Source: Candidatus Magasanikiibacteriota bacterium (lineage in GTDB: Bacteria; Patescibacteriota; Patescibacteriia; Magasanikbacterales; GWA2-37-8). From it: a DNA stretch of 58,956 nucleotides. A program made the translations under genes and the position numbers. Below, piece after piece: positions 25,410-32,968 of this stretch; position 1 is the first letter of the stretch, and each line of letters starts with the position of its first letter. The stretch covers positions 645,834 through 704,789 of the forward strand of contig CAWJAS010000001.1 of the NCBI GenBank assembly GCA_963840935.1, in the 5' to 3' direction. The notes beneath the pieces were generated by a model. That model was not told the origin of the DNA, ran no database searches, and worked only from the letters and a program-made list of their open reading frames with translations.

Positions 25410-26939
25410 CTACGGCTCCACGAAGGACTTCGCCCAGATGAGCGAGCTACCGACGTACTGGCCGGCGCACTCACGGTCGAAGGTGAAAGAGCCAGCGTGG
25501 GCGGGCACGCACCGTTCCACGATGGGGACGGCGTGCCCGTTCTGGCACTGGAAAGAGGCAGGAATCGAGGTAGACTCGATCACGGCCGGGCTGTACCCGT
25601 ACCCGTGATATTCACACGTCCCCCCGCCGGTATCGATGCGATAACCGCGGTCCCAGGTACCCAAGTTTCCACTCGGGCGGGACCCGCAGATACCGTCGAA
25701 CTTCCACCGGTAAGTGATACCTCCGATGGATTCGAACCGGGTCGAGATGATCCAGCACACCGAACTGCCGGAGCAGTTGGTGGACTGGGAGCAATCGGCG
25801 GGGATACAATTCCCTTCGATTGTGCAGGCATACCCGGGCGGGCACTGGTGATCCGGGTCGCCCCAGATGCACTCGCCTTCGTCCGCCACACACTCGCCAC
25901 CCACGCAGGTCTCGCCCGCGGGGCACGAGTAGTCGTTCCACTCCCCGCACTCGGAATCGTCGCAATAGGCGGTCGAGGTGGTGACGACGCAGTGCTCGGT
26001 CGAGGTGCACGTGTCGAGGGTCGTCCAGAATCCGCCGACACAGGCCTGTGCCTGGTCGCCCAGGCACCGGTAGGTGCCGGAGGTGCACTCGGAACTGGTC
26101 TGGCAGTGGCCGGCCACGCAGGTCTGCCCCGAAGGGCAGTCGGCGAGGTCGTACCAAGACCCAGCGACGCACAGCTCGACGGTGTTGCCGTCGCACTGTC
26201 GCGAGCCATCCGTGCAACCGAGTGCTTCACAGAAACCGTCCTCACAGAACTCTCCCGAAGGGCAGTCGGCGAGAACCTCCCAATGGCCGGCGACGCACAC
26301 CTCGACGGTGTTCACGTCGGCGCAACGGCGGTCGCCGTTGTCGCACTCGGAGCCGGCGACGCAAAATCCGTCGTCGCACACCTGCCCCGAAGGGCAGTCG
26401 TACGCGGTGGACCAGTCGCCATCGACGCAAATGACGAACGAATCCGAGTCGGTGCACTCGCGCGCATCGTCCTCACACTCGCTGTCGTCCACGCACTCGC
26501 CGTCCTCGCACGACTCCTCGCACTCGTACAGGTCGTACCAAGACCCGTCGAAGCAAATCTGGACGACCAGCTCGTCGCACTGCGTGTCCCCGTCCTCACA
26601 GGCCGGGGCGACGCAGGCGCCGTCGTCGCAGACATACCCCGAGGGGCAGTCGATCGGAATCGACCACTCACCGCCGGCGCAGACGACGAACGAATCCTCG
26701 TCGACGCACTCGCGCGCGTCGTTCTCGCACTCGTCCGTGTCACTGTCGCTGTCGGTGTCCGTGTCCGCGTCGGAGTCGGCATCGCTGTCGGCGTCCGAAT
26801 CGGCGTCGGTGTCCGCGTCACTGTCAGCGTCGGCGTCGGTGGCGCCCATGTAGGGACCGAGCCCATCGGGCTCCACACCACAGGCCGAAACCAGGACCAG
26901 AATCATCGAAGCGAAGATGACGTTCATGACGTTCTTCAT
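25410..26939 (-). CDS. Acidic Cys-rich repeat lipoprotein (module 1, gene 2)
   Basis: 509 aa. Signal peptide plus lipobox MILVLVSAC. A D/A/S/T tract. Six to seven ~42-aa repeats of the form C-x5-C-x7-9-C-x3-W-x5-CPSGxxC-x4-C. SD gaaagagg. Confidence 0.85.
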   Translation of the reverse strand: MKNVMNVIFASMILVLVSACGVEPDGLGPYMGATDADADSDADTDADSDADSDADSDADTDTDSDSDTDECENDARECVDEDSFVVCAGGEWSIPIDCPSGYVCDDGACVAPACEDGDTQCDELVVQICFDGSWYDLYECEESCEDGECVDDSECEDDARECTDSDSFVICVDGDWSTAYDCPSGQVCDDGFCVAGSECDNGDRRCADVNTVEVCVAGHWEVLADCPSGEFCEDGFCEALGCTDGSRQCDGNTVELCVAGSWYDLADCPSGQTCVAGHCQTSSECTSGTYRCLGDQAQACVGGFWTTLDTCTSTEHCVVTTSTAYCDDSECGEWNDYSCPAGETCVGGECVADEGECIWGDPDHQCPPGYACTIEGNCIPADCSQSTNCSGSSVCWIISTRFESIGGITYRWKFDGICGSRPSGNLGTWDRGYRIDTGGGTCEYHGYGYSPAVIESTSIPASFQCQNGHAVPIVERCVPAHAGSFTFDRECAGQYVGSSLIWAKSFVEP

Positions 26940-27137
26940 TTTGTTGCCTCTTTCTTTTTTTTCTAACCGTCCACATATAAATGAGACGGTATCGTTTAGA
27001 AACTTCTTACTTCTTGTTCTATTTTCAAAGAGCTTTTGGGGGCTCTTGTTTTCCCCTTTTTGGCCACGACTTAATCATGGCCACAATAAGGGAGGCCGAT
27101 TGCGGTTAAGCAACCGGCCAAAAAGGTAGGGGCGGCT

Positions 27138-28169
27138 CTAGAACGTGCCGCCAATGGTGACGAGTACGGACCAGCCGAGGTCCCAGCTCCGCTCGGTGCG
27201 GAATGGGTAACCCGGAATGGGGGCATCCTCGATGTGGGTCGAGGTCCCGATTCCGGCGAGAACGGACAGGAAGCCATGCTCGGTGAAGTAGAAGCTGAAC
27301 TCGGGTCCGCCTCCGATGAAGGAGCTACCCTTGTCGTTCATCTCCTCCTTCAAGTAGAGCGCGGTCACCCCGACGGCGAGGTTCTTCTTCTCGCCGAAAA
27401 CGAACTCGGGACCAGCCTGGCCAACGAGCATCGCTTCCCCGTCGAACGTGACGCCGATGCCGGCATGGATCTTCGCCCGGACGATATTTGTGTCCGTAAT
27501 GGCGAAATTCAGACCGAGGACACCCGCCACGCCGTAAATGTCCGAAGACAACACGAGGGTGGCGCCGACGTCGAACCGGACCTTCTGGCCCATCTTGATG
27601 ATGAGCGCGTCGTGCTCGTCCACCCGGCGCTCCAGAATGGTGATCCGCTCGTCGTGCTCGTTCAACCGTGCGTCGTGCACGGCATCCTTACGCTCACCGA
27701 CATCCGCCCTGTCCTTGAGGGTGGCGATGTCCGCCTCAGCGGCGTCCATGCGCCCCTCCAGGTCGGCGATCCTCTTCTCGAGCTCCCCGAGCTTCAAGAA
27801 AATCTCGTCCCTGAGCGCCTCCAGGTCGTCCTTGCTCGCCAGGTTCTTGAGCGCCAGAGCGATCTGGCGCTTCACCCAGCCAGCTCCGACGCCGGGACGG
27901 GCCTTGGCCTTCTCGTACGTGTCGCCACAGGGCCCGTAGGCCTTGCGACACCTGTCCGAGGGACCGTTCCCACAGTTGACGATGAGCTGCCCGATGCAGG
28001 CGTTCGCCTCGCGGAGCAGGACTTTGTCGGCCTGTGCCTCGTGCTTGGTGGCCAGCGAGGAGGGCGTGTAGTACGACCCATCCTCGACCACGGTCGCCCA
28101 CTGGGCCGAAGCCGAGTTGACGAAAACGAGGGTAGCGACGATCACGATGGAAACGATGAACTTCTTCAT
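27138..28169 (-). CDS. Secreted coiled-coil protein with C-terminal 8-strand beta-barrel-like domain ending in Phe (module 1, gene 1)
   Basis: 343 aa. Signal peptide ...VFVNSASA/QW. Heptad-rich region LEALRDEIFLKLGELEKRIADLEGRMDAAEADIATLKD. Eight alternating hydrophobic strands ending in LVTIGGTF. SD ggagg. Confidence 0.8.
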   Translation of the reverse strand: MKKFIVSIVIVATLVFVNSASAQWATVVEDGSYYTPSSLATKHEAQADKVLLREANACIGQLIVNCGNGPSDRCRKAYGPCGDTYEKAKARPGVGAGWVKRQIALALKNLASKDDLEALRDEIFLKLGELEKRIADLEGRMDAAEADIATLKDRADVGERKDAVHDARLNEHDERITILERRVDEHDALIIKMGQKVRFDVGATLVLSSDIYGVAGVLGLNFAITDTNIVRAKIHAGIGVTFDGEAMLVGQAGPEFVFGEKKNLAVGVTALYLKEEMNDKGSSFIGGGPEFSFYFTEHGFLSVLAGIGTSTHIEDAPIPGYPFRTERSWDLGWSVLVTIGGTF

Positions 28170-28350
28170 TTTGTCCTCCGTTCTCGCGCATCGCGCGAGC
28201 GCGAATTGCGAGCCGTTGGTTTCTTCATTTTTTACCTACCTTTTATATTTTAAAGAGCGATTTCAGAGTTTTTTGCTCTGTTTGCGCCCGCTCTTGATTT
28301 GAGGCACAAAGTAAAGCAAATTACTACAAGCTTATTTAATTTAACAGATT

Positions 28351-28379
28351 AGTATATCATATTTTAGCACTTTTGTCAA
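28351..28379 (-). promoter_or_regulatory. Sigma70-type promoter (proximal) for module 1
   Basis: Minus strand: TTGACA (28379-28374), 17-nt spacer, TATACT (28356-28351). Confidence 0.55.
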
Positions 28380-28537
28380 TAGCCCGCTAAAACATTATTT
28401 TTTTGCTATAAAAAGCAAAAATCTCTCCTTTTGAGAGAGTTTTCGCCAATAAACACGGTAAAATGCCTTGTTTATTGGTTTTGGCTACGCCTCTCTCAAA
28501 CGTTGGCCAATTTATTGAGTTTTCAATTACGAGAAAT

Positions 28538-28566
28538 ATTATACCACATTGGTATGATTTTGTCAA
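28538..28566 (-). promoter_or_regulatory. Sigma70-type promoter (distal, inside left arm of the inverted repeat)
   Basis: Minus strand: GGGGGG-TTGACA (28566-28561), 17-nt spacer, TATAAT (28543-28538). Confidence 0.55.
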
Positions 28567-28678
28567 CCCCCCACCACTTTTGACCGAATATCAATAAAAT
28601 TAAATTAAACATTATTGCAATTAATAATTTAGTAATAATTAAGGATTCTTTACTAAAAGTGGTGGGGGGTTGACAAAA
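28558..28678. repeat. Perfect 24-nt inverted repeat carrying two divergent -35 boxes
   Basis: TTTTGTCAACCCCCCACCACTTTT (28558-28581) is the exact reverse complement of AAAAGTGGTGGGGGGTTGACAAAA (28655-28678). The 73-nt spacer is AT-rich. Confidence 0.9.
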
Positions 28679-28698
28679 GTGAAAAAAAGTGATATAGT
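28670..28698 (+). promoter_or_regulatory. Sigma70-type promoter for the plus-strand gene at 28817
   Basis: TTGACA (28670-28675), 17-nt spacer, TATAGT (28693-28698). Confidence 0.55.
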
Positions 28699-28816
28699 AA
28701 TATGTTAAAAAAATGATGATATAGATATTGTTTTTTGACCTAAAATCGTCAATTGTGGCGATTTTAAAAAGAAAATAAATAGAGCAAAGAAAGCTCTTTG
28801 AAAAGAGGAGGAGAAG

Positions 28817-29456
28817 ATGGCCGTAGCAAGAAGGAACCCTCGTCGTGGTAACCAGAACCAGCAACAGGCACCCGCCCCGGCTCCGGCTCCGCCGGCTCCC
28901 CCTCAGCCTCAACCGGCTCCGGTGGCTCCGGTTCAGCCCCCCGCCCCCGTGGCACCGCCCCCGGCTCCTCCGCCGGCTCCCAGGCCGGCAACGCCCAGGA
29001 CCGCGGTCGAGTTGGCCGCCATGCGTTTGATTGGGCGTGGCGAGGAGATGCTCGAGGAGGCGGAACGGCGCGACAACGCGCGCCGGATCGAGCTGGAAGA
29101 AGCCGAGCGTCGGCGTCAGGCTTTCTGGCGCACCGTACGGATGGTGGTCGGAAATCTTGATTCTCATCGGAATCGCCGTCATGGTGACCATGTTCATCAT
29201 GGCGACCCCGACGCCCCCGGCTTCCCCACCCCCGTCGCCCGTGGTCATCACGACCACCCAGCCCACCCCCACGAACATCAACATCATCTGCGGATGTGAT
29301 GATGACGAGCTCTGCATCCCCTGTACCACGGAGGAATGCCTCCAAGGAAACAGGGTCATGACCGTGAGCTCGGCCGAGGCATGTTGCCGGGCGATTCCGG
29401 ATGAGAAAGAAAAGCAGCGCTGTCTCAACATGATCAAAGTTCTCAAACGGCGCTAG
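28817..29456 (+). pseudogene. Pro-rich / coiled-coil / single-TM / Cys-rich C-terminal domain protein, needs a +1 shift near 29130-29140
   Basis: SD gaggaggag precedes the ATG at 28817, which starts the frame MAVARRNPRRGNQ...(AP-rich)...EEAERRRQAFWRTV. Downstream, the GC3-rich frame is that of ORF 29031..29456 (GWWSEILILIGIAVMVTMFIMATPTPP...CGCDDDELCIPCTTEECL...). The His-rich tail of the first frame has T-rich third positions. Confidence 0.6.
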
Positions 29457-29488
29457 TCCAACTCATCACTCCTTTCGTTCTTTCCTCG

Positions 29489-29519
29489 ACCCGTCAGTGT
29501 CCAACTGACGGGTTTTTTT
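29489..29519 (+). terminator. Rho-independent terminator
   Basis: acccgtcag-tgtccaa-ctgacgggt followed by ttttttt. Confidence 0.7.
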
Positions 29520-29674
29520 ATTCCGTCGCATATTAATTTTTTAAATTATTGTTATAAGCAACGTCGCGGAGCCGTTCATGAACGACGGGATAAATAAAAC
29601 CCGTCAGTCGCGACTGACGGGTTAAAAAGGGGCAACCGCAATGGTTGCCCCTCGTAAGTTAACAAAAAAGAAAA

Positions 29675-31063
29675 TTACTCTTCCAAATCCACCAAATAGG
29701 TGTAAAAGCTCTCGCCGACGCAGGGCCGTTCATCCCAAGAATACTCCGCGAAATCGGAGTCCTCGGTGACACAGCACTCGGGCTCGGGTTCGATCTCTCC
29801 ACCACAATCGATGGGATAGGACTCGCAGAGCGGGGTTGCGGTTTCGGGATCGTATTCCCAAATGGCCGGCGACCACATGTCACACTCGTCGAACGACTCC
29901 ATGTCGCAGGTGCCGCCCTCGGTCGTGTCGTCTCCGTCGCCGTCCTTGTCCCAGCACATCATGTACTCTCCCTCTTCCAGGGTCGGAAGCGGATAGCACT
30001 CGTGGCTGATCTTCCCGCAAACGTATCCGTCCGGGCAATCCTCGGCCGATTCGCACTCGGCTCCGGCATCACCGTCTCCGGCATCCGGACCGGCGTCGTC
30101 GTCGAGACCACCGTCCATTTCCGACTCGGTATCGGTTTCCGTGTCCGTATCCGTGTCGGAATCCGAATCTGTGTCAGCATCGCTGTCCGCGTCACCACCG
30201 TCGGCTCCGCCGTCAATATCCGACTCGGTGTCGGTATCGCTATCAGAGTCCGTGTCGGCGTCGGTGTCCGTGTCGGCGTCGGTGTCCGTGTCGGCGTCCG
30301 TGTCCGTATCCGAATCGGTGTCGGTATCGGAGTCGGAGTCGCTGTCGCTATCGGAGTCCGTGTCGGTATCCGTGTCCGTGTCCGAATCGGTGTCAGTATC
30401 GGAGTCGGTGTCCGTGTCGATGTCCGTGTCCGTATCCGTGTCGGTATCGGCGTCGGTGTCCGTGTCGGTGTCCGTGTCCGTATCCGTGTCGGTATCGGCG
30501 TCCGCTGAAGCGCAGTATCCGGTCCCGTCGCTGTGGAACAGACATCCGAATTCGCAATGAACGCAAGTGTTACTTGCGTAATCGCAAATATCGTCCGGAC
30601 CACAGGATTCCCATTCGACCAGAGGAATTTCCACCAGATCACCACCTACGCACGAGGCGCTATCACCCGTACAGTACTCTTCCACCAAATAGAGGTACTT
30701 GCCACCACCACATGACGGTTCTACACCGCAGTGAATGGTATAACTCTCACCGCATACTTCGGTCGGCATTTTGAAGTGACCGAAAGCATCACAGCAAGGA
30801 CCGCTGGAACAATCGGTATCCGTATCCGTGTCCGAATCGGTGTCGGTGTCGGTGTCCGTGTCGGTATCCGTATCCGTGTCCGAATCGGTGTCGGTGTCGG
30901 TGTCCGTGTCGGTATCCGTGTCCGTGTCCGAATCGGTGTCGGTGTCGGCATCGCCGTCGGGAATTCCGAAAACGGACTGGTTGGGGTCGCCCAGGTTGGG
31001 CGACAGACATCCGGCGATGAAGGCGACGAAAACGAAAACCACGAAAACGAAGTTCTTCGTCAT
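29675..31063 (-). CDS. Acidic (Asp-Thr)n Cys-rich lipoprotein, paralogue of the giant lipoprotein (module 2, gene 2)
   Basis: The ATG at 31063 has SD gaggagagag. MTKNFVFVVFVFVAFIAGCLSPNLGDPNQSV matches the giant protein N-terminus GCLSPNPGDSTQSV. It has one CSSGPCCD domain, long DT tracts, and a C-terminal CWDKDGDGDD...MWSPAIWEY...ECC domain shared with 17515..23325. Confidence 0.85.
   Translation of the reverse strand: MTKNFVFVVFVFVAFIAGCLSPNLGDPNQSVFGIPDGDADTDTDSDTDTDTDTDTDTDTDSDTDTDTDTDTDTDTDSDTDTDTDCSSGPCCDAFGHFKMPTEVCGESYTIHCGVEPSCGGGKYLYLVEEYCTGDSASCVGGDLVEIPLVEWESCGPDDICDYASNTCVHCEFGCLFHSDGTGYCASADADTDTDTDTDTDTDTDADTDTDTDTDIDTDTDSDTDTDSDTDTDTDTDSDSDSDSDSDTDTDSDTDTDADTDTDADTDTDADTDSDSDTDTESDIDGGADGGDADSDADTDSDSDTDTDTETDTESEMDGGLDDDAGPDAGDGDAGAECESAEDCPDGYVCGKISHECYPLPTLEEGEYMMCWDKDGDGDDTTEGGTCDMESFDECDMWSPAIWEYDPETATPLCESYPIDCGGEIEPEPECCVTEDSDFAEYSWDERPCVGESFYTYLVDLEE
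30120..30505 (-). repeat. (Asp-Thr/Ser/Ala)n coding tract
   Basis: Degenerate gtc-ngt / atc-ngt hexamers on the plus strand. Approximate bounds. A second tract lies at about 30813-30957. Confidence 0.8.
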
Positions 31064-31246
31064 TTTTCTCTCTCCTCGTTGTTGTCGGCAAAACGTCAAT
31101 GCGCCTGACCGTTGCATTTTTTCTTTTTTGTTGTAAAGAACATATTTCAAAACCATTTTTTTCGGTCGAACATATTTGTTCAAATCGAAACGGGTGGTTG
31201 ATTATCCCTTCCTATATATACGAACTGTTCATATATAAAGGAAAGT

Positions 31247-31277
31247 GGGTGATGAACACAGGAAGTGTTCATCACCC
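31247..31277 (-). terminator. 13-bp perfect hairpin between module 2 genes (terminator or attenuator-like)
   Basis: gggtgatgaacac-aggaa-gtgttcatcaccc. There is no clear U-tract on the minus strand. Confidence 0.4.
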
Positions 31278-31325
31278 TAAAAGAACGGGCCTAAACGCGG
31301 TTAAACGTTCAGGTTATCAAATCAA

Positions 31326-32747
31326 TCAGAAAAAGAGAGAGACGGACACACCGCCCATGGGAACGAACTCCCCGGACAGCCGTTGGTTGTCGTAGGTGGC
31401 ACCGGGAATGAGTCCTTCGGGCGGGTCGGCCGTGACCCAAGCGTACTCGTACGCCGGACCGATGAAACCCTCGATGCCGAGGTTCAATTCCTTGGTCAGA
31501 GGAATGACACCTCGGATGAAAGCTCCACCGCCATATCCTAATTCGTCGTTGAACGGCATGTTCGCGCCGTAGGTGGCCAAGTAAAGCCCTCCCCAGATGT
31601 AGCGATGGAACTCGTACCCGAACTTGATTCGGGTGTCGAACATAAATTCCACCGGACTGTCGTCGAGAGCGAGCCCAATCGCGCCGGACAAACCGACACG
31701 AACCTTGGCCTTCCTGATCCAGTAGGTCCCCTCGAGCATCATGCCCATGATAGCCGGGCTGAACTGCCCGACCAGGCCGACTTCGAGGAGACCCAAATCC
31801 TGCTTCTGCGAAGCGAGCGCATAGGCGGACTCGGCCACCTTCTTGGCACCCTTGGCCTCGGCTTCGGCTTCGTTTACCGCTTCCTCAGCGGCATCCACCT
31901 TGGCGCGAAGCTCGGCGAGCTCCGTGGGGTCGATGGGTTCTCCGGCCTCTGCCTTGGCTTCGGCCTTGGCCAGAGCTTCCTCGGCGATTGCCTTGGCTTC
32001 ATCGGCCTTCCGGCCCGCCACATCGGCACGGCCCTGGGCATCGCCCGCGGCTTCCGCCACCTTCACCAAATCGCTCTGACTCGCACCGCCTCCGCCGTTC
32101 GCCTTGGCTTCCTCTGCCGTGGCCTTGGCTTCTTCGGCCAGTGCCTTGGCTTCGTTCGCCGTGGCCTGAGCTACCGTCGCTCGGCGGGAAATGGAAATCG
32201 CATCGTCCACGGATACCTCACCACCGTCTCCGCTTCCGGTGACGACTGATTCGAGTATCACAATTCGGCCTTCGTGGTCCTGGTGCCCGGCTTCGAGCTT
32301 GTCCACTCTTCCTTCGATGGACGAAACGCGATCCGCGAGGGCGTTGAGCCCCTCGACTTGGCCTGCTGCCGCCATCGGAATCGCCTTGTTGATCATCCGG
32401 CTCACCTGAGCCCGCTGGGCCGGAGTGAGTTTCGCCGCTTTCGGGTTCTCCGCGGGCTTGTCCAGCTTGTCGGCATCGACCACCGCCCGACCACAGTCGG
32501 GAGAATCGGGGTTCTTGCACTCCTCGGCCAAGGCTCTGACGGCCTGGGTGAGACCGACGACGCTGTAGGCGAGCATCATGTCTCTCAACTGACCGGCCTC
32601 TTCGACATCGTCGCTCGCCTTCTGCGAAACGACGGTCTGCGGAGTGGAAACAGCGCCCGGAGTGTAGTACTCCTCGGCCATCACGGAACCGGAAAATGCG
32701 AACACGAACAACGCGAAAGCGCAAATCGTAACGACGAAATTCTTCAT
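31326..32747 (-). CDS. Secreted coiled-coil protein with C-terminal 8-strand beta-barrel-like domain ending in Phe-Phe (module 2, gene 1)
   Basis: 473 aa. Signal peptide ...FSGSVMA/EE. YYTP motif shared with 27138..28169. Long A/E/K coiled coil. Alternating strands ending in GGVSVSLFF. SD gaggac. Confidence 0.8.
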   Translation of the reverse strand: MKNFVVTICAFALFVFAFSGSVMAEEYYTPGAVSTPQTVVSQKASDDVEEAGQLRDMMLAYSVVGLTQAVRALAEECKNPDSPDCGRAVVDADKLDKPAENPKAAKLTPAQRAQVSRMINKAIPMAAAGQVEGLNALADRVSSIEGRVDKLEAGHQDHEGRIVILESVVTGSGDGGEVSVDDAISISRRATVAQATANEAKALAEEAKATAEEAKANGGGGASQSDLVKVAEAAGDAQGRADVAGRKADEAKAIAEEALAKAEAKAEAGEPIDPTELAELRAKVDAAEEAVNEAEAEAKGAKKVAESAYALASQKQDLGLLEVGLVGQFSPAIMGMMLEGTYWIRKAKVRVGLSGAIGLALDDSPVEFMFDTRIKFGYEFHRYIWGGLYLATYGANMPFNDELGYGGGAFIRGVIPLTKELNLGIEGFIGPAYEYAWVTADPPEGLIPGATYDNQRLSGEFVPMGGVSVSLFF

Positions 32748-32968
32748 CTTTGTCCTCTTCTTTCTTTTTCTCGCGCTTATCTCAAACGCGTTTTTTTATC
32801 AAAGAACTTTTTTGCTTGCGTTCTATTTAAACACCCGAATTAGATCGGATGATTGTTTTAGAACGCAATATATACTTCCTCACGATTCCCGAAAAATCAG
32901 GAATCAAGTTGGAAGGGAAACGGCCGGAATTGACCGTTTCCCGAATAGGTAGGTAAAAACTACTGTGA

